Assembly (NCBI GenBank): GCA_021815365.1
Contig: JAKAGZ010000011.1
Location: 1,134-65,133, forward strand
Length of the DNA: 64,000 nt
Source: Bacteroidota bacterium
GTDB lineage: Bacteria; Bacteroidota; Ignavibacteria; Ignavibacteriales; Ignavibacteriaceae
Direction: 5' to 3'
Positions 9,205-18,958 of the stretch are shown here, in pieces (the first letter of the stretch is position 1; each line of letters starts with the position of its first letter). Below the pieces are notes generated by a model that saw only the letters and a program-made list of their open reading frames with translations, was not told the origin of the DNA and did not search any database. Both the position numbers and the translations under genes were made by a program.

Positions 9205-11757
9205 ATGAAAAAGATTAAGGAATTTTTTATAAAGTCAAAGCCAAAGCTGCTTATAGCTGTATCTCTGGTGCTGATATTTTTAGCAGTCCTTAATATATAT
9301 TTTGCTGTCCTTGTGAGGGTAACTTCAAACGACGAATGTTTATGGGTTCCAATGGATCCTGCTGCAGACAGCACAGCGATATACTTTGATCTTGTAAAAT
9401 ACGGAGGAGTAGCCTGGAATGCAGGCATAAGGAATGGTGATCGGCTGCTGAAGATTAACGAAAATAATCTTAAAACCACTGCACAGGCACAGAGGATCCT
9501 GAACGCTGTAAAATCAGGCGACTCTGCAAAATATGTTATTAAGAAGAAGGATGGGAAAATTCTGGAGACGAAAGTTTATGTTAAAAAGCTGATTCAGTTT
9601 CCCGTACTTGCATTGGGTATTTTAGGTCTGATATGGACGGGGCTTGGCTTTATAGTATTAGTTGCTAAACAGGGAGCTGTTCAAAAAACATTTTATTTAA
9701 CAGGTGCTGCTTCTGTTTTATCTATAGTTTACTTGCTCATACCTCAGCCGGCAGATACAGGTGGCTTTTTGATTAAAATATTACCCCCTGTTCTTGGGAT
9801 GTTGTGGGCTGTGGGGAGTTGCTTCTTTCCATTTATGATCATGTATTTCTTTTGGATTTTTCCAAAGCCGTTTGGCTTTGTCCGAAAAAAATGGTTTAAG
9901 AAATTATTTTTTGGAATACCATCTTTACTATTAATTTCACTGGCAGCGTTTATTTTTATCTTTTTCACAAAGCTCAGAAATCCCAACTTTGTTTTTAATG
10001 TAATTTCAACCTGGCTTAATATTTCCCTTGGTGTAGGATTTATTGTAGGGTGGATATCTTTAATAATAAATTACAGAAGATTAAAAGCAAAGAGCGAGAA
10101 GAAACCGATCTCGGTTATTCTTGTAGCTTATACATTAACTCTTTTGGCAATATTTTATACTGTTCAGATTGCTCCTGCTATTACTGACTCGATCTTTAAC
10201 TCGCCTGCATTTTATACACCGATCATATTAATAATTCTGCTTCCGATTTCATTTGCACATTCAATTTTCAAATATCAGTTGATGGACGTCAGTGTAGTTG
10301 TGAAGAACACCATTATTTATGGTGCCGCCACACTCACTTTAGCCGCATTATATTTTTTATTGATTTATGTGATTGGTCAAAGCATAAGCCAGGCTATCGG
10401 AACTGAATACCAGACAATAATTGCCGGTATATTTTTTATAAGTTTTGCTTTGGTCTTTCAATCTACTAAGGACAAATTCCAGGATTTTCTGACTGCAAAA
10501 TTCTATCCCGAACAATTCGCTTACCAGAAGGTTTTGATGAAATTCAGCAGCGAAGTTGCAAGTATGGTTGGTCTTGATAATATTCTCGATTCAACCAGGG
10601 ACACACTTGTTGATGCTTTGATGATAAACCGCTTCGGGATAATGATCAGTGAACCGGATAAAAAAACCTTTGCTCTTGTCAGAAGTGTTGGTATTGAAAA
10701 CGAAAAGCTTGTGCTGAGAAGTACCGGGCTTCAGAAATTACTGAATGAGAAATACCTTGCAGGGAAAAAAAATGTAATTGACTGTGAAGAGTTCAACGAA
10801 ATCTTCCCGGGTTCCGGCGAACTTTTAATTGCCGAAAATATCTATACTATCATTCCGATGGTGATTAAATCGGAAATTATAGGACTTCTGCTTTTTGGGC
10901 TAAAGCACTCCGGAGCGCAGTTCGCGGGCAAAGACCTTGAACTGCTATCGGCAGCAGCAAACCAAACGGCGATATCTATCGAGAATGCCCGCTTGTATCA
11001 GCTTGAAGCTCAGAAATTGAAAATAGAACGGGACCTTGAACTTGCTAAAAGAATTCAGCAGGGCTTGCTGCCAGGATGTATTCCTAATATAAATGGACTT
11101 GATATATGCGGTGAAATGATTTCTGCAATGCAGGTAGGCGGAGATTATTTTGATCTGATCAGTGTGTCTGATAAAAAACTTTTTGTAGTTGTTGGTGATG
11201 TTTCCGGCAAAGGTCTTTCCGCTTCGCTTTATATGGCAAAACTTCAGACTATGATGCAGCTTTATTGTGTTGATAATAAATCACCGAAAGAAATTCTTGT
11301 ACAGATAAATAAAAAACTTTACCAGGAAATGGAAAAAAGCTGGTTCGTTACTCTTACACTTGCACAATTCGATATTGAAAAGAAACAGGTTACATTTTGC
11401 CGTGCGGGTCACGTTCCTGTGCTTGTAGCTTTGAATGATAAAGTTGATCTTTACAAAACGACAGGATTAGGGCTTGGTCTTGAAAAAGGTTACATCTTTG
11501 AAAAAACATTGATAGAAGAAAAAATAGATTTAATACCCGGACAGGTTTACGCTTTCTTTTCAGATGGAATTACTGAAGCAATGAATGAAAACAACGAAAT
11601 CTTTGGTGAAGAAAAACTATCTGAAATCTTAAAAGAAAAGACTCACACTCCTTCCACCCAAATAATGGATAATATCTGGAATGCGGTAAAAGCCTTCCGC
11701 GGTAAAGCAGAACAGAATGATGATATGACTGCTGTATTAGTCAGGGTCAGACTCTAA
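9205..11757 (+). CDS. PDZ, polytopic membrane, GAF and PP2C/SpoIIE sensory phosphatase
   Basis: An N-terminal TM is followed by a PDZ-like segment (GGVAWNAGIRNGDRLLKINENNL), about 8 TM helices and a GAF-like region. PP2C motifs are QVGGDYFDL, VGDVSGKGLSAS, FSDGITEA and NDDMTAV. Confidence 0.85.
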   Translation: MKKIKEFFIKSKPKLLIAVSLVLIFLAVLNIYFAVLVRVTSNDECLWVPMDPAADSTAIYFDLVKYGGVAWNAGIRNGDRLLKINENNLKTTAQAQRILNAVKSGDSAKYVIKKKDGKILETKVYVKKLIQFPVLALGILGLIWTGLGFIVLVAKQGAVQKTFYLTGAASVLSIVYLLIPQPADTGGFLIKILPPVLGMLWAVGSCFFPFMIMYFFWIFPKPFGFVRKKWFKKLFFGIPSLLLISLAAFIFIFFTKLRNPNFVFNVISTWLNISLGVGFIVGWISLIINYRRLKAKSEKKPISVILVAYTLTLLAIFYTVQIAPAITDSIFNSPAFYTPIILIILLPISFAHSIFKYQLMDVSVVVKNTIIYGAATLTLAALYFLLIYVIGQSISQAIGTEYQTIIAGIFFISFALVFQSTKDKFQDFLTAKFYPEQFAYQKVLMKFSSEVASMVGLDNILDSTRDTLVDALMINRFGIMISEPDKKTFALVRSVGIENEKLVLRSTGLQKLLNEKYLAGKKNVIDCEEFNEIFPGSGELLIAENIYTIIPMVIKSEIIGLLLFGLKHSGAQFAGKDLELLSAAANQTAISIENARLYQLEAQKLKIERDLELAKRIQQGLLPGCIPNINGLDICGEMISAMQVGGDYFDLISVSDKKLFVVVGDVSGKGLSASLYMAKLQTMMQLYCVDNKSPKEILVQINKKLYQEMEKSWFVTLTLAQFDIEKKQVTFCRAGHVPVLVALNDKVDLYKTTGLGLGLEKGYIFEKTLIEEKIDLIPGQVYAFFSDGITEAMNENNEIFGEEKLSEILKEKTHTPSTQIMDNIWNAVKAFRGKAEQNDDMTAVLVRVRL

Positions 11758-11940
11758 TAAATGCTCTACTTCATCAATGATCGAATTGAGTTTCGTTTTA
11801 TGATCCTTGCTTAATAAAACAGGATCAATGTTCAGGGTTTTGGAGCCTTTCTCCAAATCATTCCCGGAGGATTTTTTATTCTCCTGCATTTCCCTGTCGC
11901 TTATTGCAGCGAAGTCAGTATGTTCCATATATTCCCTCAC
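11737..11940 (-). CDS. Small acidic hypothetical protein (67 aa); it may not be a real gene
   Basis: ORF only. It converges on the 3' end of the phosphatase and overlaps it by 21 nt. No recognisable motif. Confidence 0.25.
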   Translation of the reverse strand: MREYMEHTDFAAISDREMQENKKSSGNDLEKGSKTLNIDPVLLSKDHKTKLNSIIDEVEHLLESDPD

Positions 11941-12293
11941 TAGTTTTTAAAAAATTCAGGATATATAAATCTTACTTCTGCCCGAAGAAATAAAATTTGA
12001 TATTAAGGTAGTAAATTTCTGTTCAATTAATCTATATCAAAATTAAGATTTAACAATAAATTAATATTGGACTGATGACAAGATTACTTTTTACACAGTC
12101 TCAATTCCTTCGGAGGAAGGATGCTGAAATTGTACAACCTTGAAGGTTTTATGAAGTAACCTTAAAGGTTTTGCTGAGGTGACTTAATAACCCTAAATAT
12201 CTCGTGAGTGTAATATCTAGTCGCAGAATTGTTGTACTTCAGTAAGTTTAGACTTATTTTCATAATAATATTTCTAAAATTCGTGCAGATTAT

Positions 12294-13361
12294 ATGTTCG
12301 AGTATGTTGGTGCATTACATATGCACTCTAAATTTTCAGACGGTTCAGGTGAAGTGAATGAGATTGCACAAGCAGCATCTGAAGTGGGGCTGGATTATAT
12401 TATTCTTACAGATCACAATACTCTTCGTGCATTAAAAGAAGGGTATGAAGGCTGGTATGGCAACACTCTGCTTTTAGTAGGCTGCGAAATAAATGATAAG
12501 GAAAATAAAAACCACTACCTGGCATTTGGGATAAATGATACTTTTTCTACGAGACTTTCTGCGAAAGAGTATGTTAAATTGGTAAAAAACAATGGGGGTA
12601 TAGGGTTTCTTGCTCACCCACACGAAAAAAGAATTCACATGAAAGAGCATCCGCCCTATCCATGGGTTGACTGGGATATCGAGGATTTTAACGGCATAGA
12701 AATATGGAATCATATGTCGGAGTGGATGGAAAATCTTACTGAAGAAAATAAATACCAGGCTTTTATGCATCCTCTCAGAACTATAGTTGCACCACCCGAA
12801 GTAACTTTGAAAATCTGGGATGAACTGAATCAAAAAAGAAGAGTAGTCGGAATTGGCGGTGTAGATGCTCACGCCCATAAATATAATTTGTTAGGCTTTC
12901 TCGAAGTCGAAATTTTTCCATACAAAGTTTTGTTCAAATCAATTCATACACATATATTAACACCCGAAGAAATTAAAAAGGGGAAAAGTAATGAAGAGAT
13001 TGAAACAGTTAAGAAAATAATTTACAATTCATTAAATTCAGGTAGTTGTTTTGTAGCGAATGATTATCACGGAGATTCCAGAGGCTTCAGATTTCATGCT
13101 GAAATTTCAGGCAGGCCTGCCTTCCGGACAGGCAGGTTCTATCAAATGGGTGATACTATTTCAGGTGAAGACAAAATCAGGCTCAGGGTGATATTACCTG
13201 TAGAAAAAGCTTTAATCAGCCTGATACATAACGGCAAAAAAGCTGATGAAGTAGAAACAAACGAAGCAAATTTTATTGTAGGGCAAAAAGGAGCTTATCG
13301 TGTTGAGGTGAGGCTGAATAACAAAGCTTGGATTTACAGCAATCATATAAGAATAGTTTAA
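12294..13361 (+). CDS. PHP-domain metal-dependent phosphoesterase family protein
   Basis: N-terminus GALHMHSKFSDGSG...DYIILTDHN, and later GGVDAHAH, are typical PHP histidine clusters. Confidence 0.75.
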   Translation: MFEYVGALHMHSKFSDGSGEVNEIAQAASEVGLDYIILTDHNTLRALKEGYEGWYGNTLLLVGCEINDKENKNHYLAFGINDTFSTRLSAKEYVKLVKNNGGIGFLAHPHEKRIHMKEHPPYPWVDWDIEDFNGIEIWNHMSEWMENLTEENKYQAFMHPLRTIVAPPEVTLKIWDELNQKRRVVGIGGVDAHAHKYNLLGFLEVEIFPYKVLFKSIHTHILTPEEIKKGKSNEEIETVKKIIYNSLNSGSCFVANDYHGDSRGFRFHAEISGRPAFRTGRFYQMGDTISGEDKIRLRVILPVEKALISLIHNGKKADEVETNEANFIVGQKGAYRVEVRLNNKAWIYSNHIRIV

Positions 13362-13374
13362 TTTATAATTACCA

Positions 13375-13448
13375 GCGCCCGTAGTTCAACTGGATAGAAC
13401 GTTGGATTCCGGTTCCAAAGGCTGAGGGTTCGATTCCTTCCGGGCGCA
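13375..13448 (+). tRNA. tRNA-Arg (anticodon CCG); no encoded CCA
   Basis: Hand-folded cloverleaf: acceptor GCGCCCG/CGGGCGC, D stem GTTC/GAAC, anticodon stem TTGGA/TCCAA with loop TTCCGGT, T arm GAGGG-TTCGATT-CCTTC, discriminator A. Confidence 0.92.
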
Positions 13449-13567
13449 CTTTTCTTTTAACAGACAGACAATTCCGGTAAAATTTTAATGGAAGATTGAA
13501 TATTTTTATTTTAAATTTAACCACCTAATAATTCAGAGTTTTAATAATTTCAATTAAATGAGAAAAA

Positions 13568-14254
13568 ATGCTTACAAAAAAGAAAAAATTGTCGAAAAAG
13601 GAAATTAAACAGGATAAACTTGTTGAAACATATTATAAAGCATACAGCTTTATTGATAAGAACAGACAGAGACTAATGCTCTACGGAGGAATATTTATTG
13701 TTCTTGTCGTTGCAATAATATTTTTTATCAATAACAGAAAACAAAAAAACGAGACGGCTGGTATTGAACTTGCCCGGGTAATGGACTTGTACGATTCTGG
13801 CAATTATGTCGAAGCAATTCAAGGGCAGCCGGGAACCCCTATTATCGGTCTGAAAAGAATTGTCGAGGAGTACGGAAGCACTCCAAATGGGGAAACGGCT
13901 AAAATCTATCTTGCAGATGCTTATAATTTATTAGGTAAATCAGAGGATGCCTATAAGTATTACAAAGATTACGACGGCAGTATAAGCTTGTATAAGGCTT
14001 CTGCTTTAGCAGGTCAGGCGTCATATTTTGAGACCAAAAAAGAATATGAAAAAGCGGCAGACTTATATAAAAAGGCAGCCCACGTTTCAGAACAGGATGT
14101 ATTAGATGCTGGTTATTTGGTTAGTGCCGGCATAAATTATATGAAAGCCGGTAAAAATAAAGAAGCAAAAGAAGTATTTGAAACTGTGCAGAAGAACTAT
14201 AAAACTTCATCTGCGGCAAGGGAAGTTGAAAAGTATATAGTCCAATTGGATTAG
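13568..14254 (+). CDS. Membrane-anchored TPR-like protein (YfgM-like architecture)
   Basis: Basic N-terminus, one TM (LMLYGGIFIVLVVAIIFFI), then TPR-like helices (GNYVEAIQG..., AKIYLADAYNLLGKSEDAYKYY). Confidence 0.6.
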   Translation: MLTKKKKLSKKEIKQDKLVETYYKAYSFIDKNRQRLMLYGGIFIVLVVAIIFFINNRKQKNETAGIELARVMDLYDSGNYVEAIQGQPGTPIIGLKRIVEEYGSTPNGETAKIYLADAYNLLGKSEDAYKYYKDYDGSISLYKASALAGQASYFETKKEYEKAADLYKKAAHVSEQDVLDAGYLVSAGINYMKAGKNKEAKEVFETVQKNYKTSSAAREVEKYIVQLD

Positions 14255-14282
14255 CGATAGGGAAATATCCATAGATTTTAAA

Positions 14283-14323
14283 ATCAAAATCGTGTAAAAA
14301 TGACACGATTTTGATATTTTTTA
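14283..14323 (+). terminator. Rho-independent terminator
   Basis: The perfect 13-bp stem ATCAAAATCGTGT/ACACGATTTTGAT has a 7-nt loop and is followed by ATTTTTT. Confidence 0.75.
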
Positions 14324-14442
14324 ATCAATTTTTGCTGAATATTAACTAAAATTTATCAATTTTCTTCAATTTCAATTCTTGACTTTCAGGGCTGATTATT
14401 CTATTTTTTTCTCTTCATTTATTAATAATAATATTGAGAGTT

Positions 14443-15006
14443 ATGGCAGACACTTCAGATTTCAGGAACGGGCTAATAATCAAATTCAGAAATGACCTTT
14501 ATACAATAGTTGAATTTCAACACGTAAAGCCGGGCAAAGGCGGTGCTTTTGTCAGAAGCACACTGAAGAGCCTTAAAACGGGTAAGGTTATAGATAATAC
14601 TTTCAGATCAGGGGAAAGTGTAGAGGTAGTTAGGGTAGAAAGAAGAAAATATCAATATCTTTACAGGGAAAGCGATTTTCTCGTCTGTATGGATAATGAA
14701 ACTTTTGAACAGTTAAATGTTCCTATAGAATTTTTTGGTGATGGTGTTCAATTCTTAAAGGAAAGCACTGAGGTTGAGATATTGTTCAACGGAAGCGAGA
14801 TTATCAGTGTTGATATTCCCATATTCGTTCAGTTAGAAGTTGTTGAAACTGAACCTGGATTTAAAGGCGATACAGCAACAGGTGCAAATAAACCAGCTAA
14901 ACTTGAAACCGGGGCTTCGATCAGCGTTCCGCTTTTTATAAATGCCGGTGATGTTCTGAAAGTAGATACCCGGACGGCATCCTATGTGGAAAGAGTAAAA
15001 TCTTAA
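14443..15006 (+). CDS. efp: Translation elongation factor P
   Basis: MADTSDFRNGLIIKF...VKPGKGGAFVR...TGA.I.VPLFI pattern, about 187 aa. ATG 14443 is preferred over the tracked TTG 14434. Confidence 0.93.
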   Translation: MADTSDFRNGLIIKFRNDLYTIVEFQHVKPGKGGAFVRSTLKSLKTGKVIDNTFRSGESVEVVRVERRKYQYLYRESDFLVCMDNETFEQLNVPIEFFGDGVQFLKESTEVEILFNGSEIISVDIPIFVQLEVVETEPGFKGDTATGANKPAKLETGASISVPLFINAGDVLKVDTRTASYVERVKS

Positions 15007-15023
15007 AATAAAAGGATTTTAAT

Positions 15024-15485
15024 ATGGACTTAAATCTTGTTAAAAAGCTTGTAAAGATTGCGACTTCCAGTGACATTTCAGGATTGGAAATTGAGGAGAA
15101 TGGATTCAGGGTTAAGATAGATAAGCAAGCCAAAACCACCCAGGTTATCTCACATCCACAATATACTGAGGTGGCTTCTCACCACGATATTTCTGCTAAG
15201 CCGGTAGCAGAAGATAAAAAGCCTGAATTAGAAAAAGCTGATAATCACCACGAGATAAAATCACCAATAGTCGGAACATTTTACAGAGCGCCCGCTCCTG
15301 ATGCCGATCCGTATGTCCAGGTTGGAGATACAGTTTCTGTAGGTACTGTCTTATGTATCGTTGAGGCTATGAAACTAATGAATGAGATAGAATCGGACGT
15401 GAGTGGTAAGATAATTAAAATTTTAGCTGAAAATGGTAAACCTGTTGAATATAATCAGCCGCTGTTTCTCATTGAAGCCAGCTAA
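15024..15485 (+). CDS. accB: Acetyl-CoA carboxylase biotin carboxyl carrier protein
   Basis: Biotinyl-lysine motif CIVEAMKLMNEIE; located upstream of accC. Confidence 0.93.
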   Translation: MDLNLVKKLVKIATSSDISGLEIEENGFRVKIDKQAKTTQVISHPQYTEVASHHDISAKPVAEDKKPELEKADNHHEIKSPIVGTFYRAPAPDADPYVQVGDTVSVGTVLCIVEAMKLMNEIESDVSGKIIKILAENGKPVEYNQPLFLIEAS

Positions 15486-15536
15486 ACTTACATACCGGAT
15501 TTTTCCCAATAGCATTCATCCAGGTAAGAGGATATT

Positions 15537-16871
15537 TTGTTTAATAAAATACTGATCGCAAACAGAGGCGAAATCGCTTTAAGGGTAATACGTACCTGCA
15601 AAGAGCTTGGTGTTAAAACAGTTGCAGTTTATTCTGAAGCAGATAAAGATGCGCTGCATGTTACTTTTGCCGATGAAGCCGTTTGCATAGGACCTGCCCC
15701 AAGCAAAGAAAGCTATTTAAAAATTCCTTCGATAATTTCAGCAGCTCACATTACCGGTTCAGACGCTATTCATCCCGGTTACGGTTTCCTTGCCGAGAAT
15801 GCTAATTTTTCTGAAATCTGTGCAGAATCTAATATTAAATTTATTGGTCCCTCGCCCAAGATGATAAGTGCAATGGGTGATAAATCATTTGCGAAAGACA
15901 CCATGAAAAAGAACGGCGTGCCTGTTATCCCTGGCAGTGATGGTGTGGTTAGAGAATTAAATGAAGGGAAAAAAATTGCTGCAGAAGTCGGATACCCGGT
16001 TATTATAAAAGCATCAGCAGGAGGCGGAGGAAAGGGAATGCGGGTGGTTTGGGAAGAAAAGGATTTTGATAAATCTTTTCAAACTGCAAGTTCCGAGGCT
16101 GAGTCGGCTTTTGGTGATTCTGCCGTTTACATAGAAAAATTTATTGAAAATCCGAGACACGTTGAAATACAAATAATGGGTGATCAGCACGGCAATGCTT
16201 ATCATTACGGCGAAAGAGATTGCTCTGTTCAAAGACGCCATCAAAAGCTTATTGAAGAATCACCCTCACCTGCGATTGATCAGAAATTAAGGGAGAAAAT
16301 GGGTGACACAGCAATACTCGGTGCCAAATCTGTTAATTATGAAGGCGCAGGCACAATCGAATTTCTTTTAGATAAAAACAAAAATTTTTATTTCATGGAA
16401 ATGAATACAAGGATACAGGTTGAGCATCCTGTTACCGAGTTTGTTTATTCAGTTGATCTGATAAGGCAGCAAATTCTTGTTGCTGCGGGAGAAAAAATTG
16501 AAACACTTACTAAAAGACCCGCTGGTCACAGCATAGAATTCAGGATTAATGCGGAAGACCCGGAAGTCGGATTTCGACCTTCACCCGGCAAAATTGAATC
16601 TCTTCATTTCCCCGGCGGCTTTGGGGTAAGGGTTGATTCACATATTTACCAGGGTTATTCAATTCCGCCATATTATGATTCGCTGATTGCCAAGCTGATT
16701 GTTTGGGGAGAGAACAGGCAGCACGCTCTTGCAAGAGCCAAACGAGCTTTGGAAGAATTTACAGTTGAAGGAATTAAAACAACCATTCCTTTCCATTTAA
16801 AAGTTCTTGAAGATGAACGATTCTTAAGTGGAAATTTTGATACAGGCTTTCTGGAAAACTTCAGATTTTAG
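15537..16871 (+). CDS. accC: Acetyl-CoA carboxylase biotin carboxylase subunit (TTG start)
   Basis: [20 protein letters not shown]-grasp [26 protein letters not shown]; 444 aa. Confidence 0.95.
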   Translation: MFNKILIANRGEIALRVIRTCKELGVKTVAVYSEADKDALHVTFADEAVCIGPAPSKESYLKIPSIISAAHITGSDAIHPGYGFLAENANFSEICAESNIKFIGPSPKMISAMGDKSFAKDTMKKNGVPVIPGSDGVVRELNEGKKIAAEVGYPVIIKASAGGGGKGMRVVWEEKDFDKSFQTASSEAESAFGDSAVYIEKFIENPRHVEIQIMGDQHGNAYHYGERDCSVQRRHQKLIEESPSPAIDQKLREKMGDTAILGAKSVNYEGAGTIEFLLDKNKNFYFMEMNTRIQVEHPVTEFVYSVDLIRQQILVAAGEKIETLTKRPAGHSIEFRINAEDPEVGFRPSPGKIESLHFPGGFGVRVDSHIYQGYSIPPYYDSLIAKLIVWGENRQHALARAKRALEEFTVEGIKTTIPFHLKVLEDERFLSGNFDTGFLENFRF

Positions 16872-16948
16872 TTATAAGTTAGTACGTAAATTAATTAATC
16901 ATTTCAGGATTCATTCCGAATCCTTCCTAAAACAATATTGAGGTACAG

Positions 16949-17329
16949 ATGAACTTCCCGTCAAATTTAAAATATACAAAAGATCATGAATGGATTTCGG
17001 TAGATGGTAACATCGGAACAATTGGCATAACAGAATATGCACAGGGAGAATTAGGAGATGTGGTTTTTGTGGACATAGACCCTAACCTGAAAGAAGTTAA
17101 ATACAGCGAATCTTTTGGCACAATCGAAGCAGTAAAAACCGTAAGTGAATTATTTGGACCATGCTCAGGTAAAGTCATCGAAATAAACAAAGACCTTGGC
17201 GATAACCCGGAACTGGTAAATTCTGACCCTTACGGAAAAGGCTGGATGATAAAAATTAATATCAGCAATAAGTCAGAGCTTGATAATTTGCTCGACAGCG
17301 AAGCATATAAGAAATTGATAGGACAGTAG
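16949..17329 (+). CDS. gcvH: Glycine cleavage system H protein
   Basis: YTKDHEWI and the lipoyl-lysine context GTIEAVKTVSEL; 126 aa. Confidence 0.93.
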   Translation: MNFPSNLKYTKDHEWISVDGNIGTIGITEYAQGELGDVVFVDIDPNLKEVKYSESFGTIEAVKTVSELFGPCSGKVIEINKDLGDNPELVNSDPYGKGWMIKINISNKSELDNLLDSEAYKKLIGQ

Positions 17330-17413
17330 GGGGATGTGAAATATGGGAGATGGAATATGGTATATGGAAAATGGAATTTTAAGGATGGGGAATGGGTAAA
17401 AATGCCTGATTAA

Positions 17414-18958
17414 ATGCAGCACGAAGAAACGATATTAATAATTGATTTTGGTTCACAGTTTACTCAACTTATCACAAGGCGTGTCAGGGAAGCCAGCGTT
17501 TATTCCGAAATTCACCCGCACACAATTACGCTTGATGAAATAAAAAAAATAAATCCCGCAGCGCTTATTCTTTCAGGGGGACCTATGAGTGTTTATGATG
17601 CCGGTGCGCCTGCGCTTGACAAATCAATTCTTGAGTTGAATAAGCCTGTTCTTGGAATTTGTTATGGCATGCAGCTTCTCTGCAAAATTTTTAACGGTAC
17701 CGTTGAACCTGCCAAAGACAGAGAATATGGCAAATCAATCCTGCAAATTTCAGATAAAAAAAATAAACTCTTTAAAGATGTAAAAGAGACTTCAACAGTA
17801 TGGATGAGTCACGGAGATTATTTAACAAAAATTCCTGAAGGCTTTACTATAACTGCTTCCTCAGATTCTTCGCCTATTTGCTCAATAGCAGACAAACAGA
17901 GAAATATTTACGGTGTTCAGTTCCATCCTGAAGTAATGCACACCGAAGAAGGCAAAAAAATAATTAATAATTTTCTTTTCGAGGTTTGTAAGTGTTCGGG
18001 GAACTGGACTTCACATAATTTTGTAGAACAATCGGTAAAATCAATAAAAGAGAAGGCAGGGAATTCAAATGTTATTTGCGCCTTGAGCGGCGGCGTTGAT
18101 TCAACTGTCGCTGCAGTGCTGGTAAAAAAAGCAATTGGAAATCAGTTGATCTGCATCCATATTGACACGGGGTTGATGCGGAAAAATGAAAGCGCAATGA
18201 TAAAGAAAATCTTCAATGAAAATTTAAGCCTGAATTTAGTGTATATAGATTCTTCGGAAAGATTCCTGAAAAATCTTGAAGGAGTAAGCGACCCGGAGAA
18301 AAAAAGAAAAATTATAGGCAATACTTTTATTGAGGTCTTTGAGGAAGAATCAAAAAAATATAAAGATGTTGAATACCTTGTGCAAGGCACGTTGTATCCC
18401 GATGTGATCGAATCGGTTTCGGTAAAAGGTGCATCGGCAACAATTAAAACGCATCACAATGTTGGCGGTTTGCCTGAGAAAATGAAACTTAAACTGATTG
18501 AACCATTCAGGGAATTATTTAAGGATGAGGTAAGAAATGTTGGAAGGGAGCTGAATATTCCTGAATTCTTTTTAATGCGTCATCCGTTCCCGGGACCCGG
18601 ATTAGCAGTGCGAATATTAGGTGACATAACAAAAACTAAGCTTGATCTTTTGCGTGAAGCTGACGATATTTTTATTACTGAACTTCAGAAAGCAGGGCTG
18701 TATGATAAAATATGGCAGGCATTTTGTGTACTGCTGCCGGTTCAGACAGTAGGAGTGATGGGTGATTTTCGAACCTATGAAAATGTTCTTGCTCTGAGAG
18801 CAGTAACCTCGAGCGACGGAATGACGGCTGATTGGTTCAGGTTTGATCAGGATTTTCTTTCAGATGTTTCAAATAAGATAATTAATAAAGTTAGAGGGAT
18901 TAACAGGGTTGTTTACGATATAAGTTCTAAACCCCCCTCGACGATTGAATGGGAATGA
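17414..18958 (+). CDS. guaA: GMP synthase (glutamine-hydrolysing)
   Basis: GATase motif [10 protein letters not shown]-loop [11 protein letters not shown]-terminus PPSTIEWE. Confidence 0.96.
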   Translation: MQHEETILIIDFGSQFTQLITRRVREASVYSEIHPHTITLDEIKKINPAALILSGGPMSVYDAGAPALDKSILELNKPVLGICYGMQLLCKIFNGTVEPAKDREYGKSILQISDKKNKLFKDVKETSTVWMSHGDYLTKIPEGFTITASSDSSPICSIADKQRNIYGVQFHPEVMHTEEGKKIINNFLFEVCKCSGNWTSHNFVEQSVKSIKEKAGNSNVICALSGGVDSTVAAVLVKKAIGNQLICIHIDTGLMRKNESAMIKKIFNENLSLNLVYIDSSERFLKNLEGVSDPEKKRKIIGNTFIEVFEEESKKYKDVEYLVQGTLYPDVIESVSVKGASATIKTHHNVGGLPEKMKLKLIEPFRELFKDEVRNVGRELNIPEFFLMRHPFPGPGLAVRILGDITKTKLDLLREADDIFITELQKAGLYDKIWQAFCVLLPVQTVGVMGDFRTYENVLALRAVTSSDGMTADWFRFDQDFLSDVSNKIINKVRGINRVVYDISSKPPSTIEWE

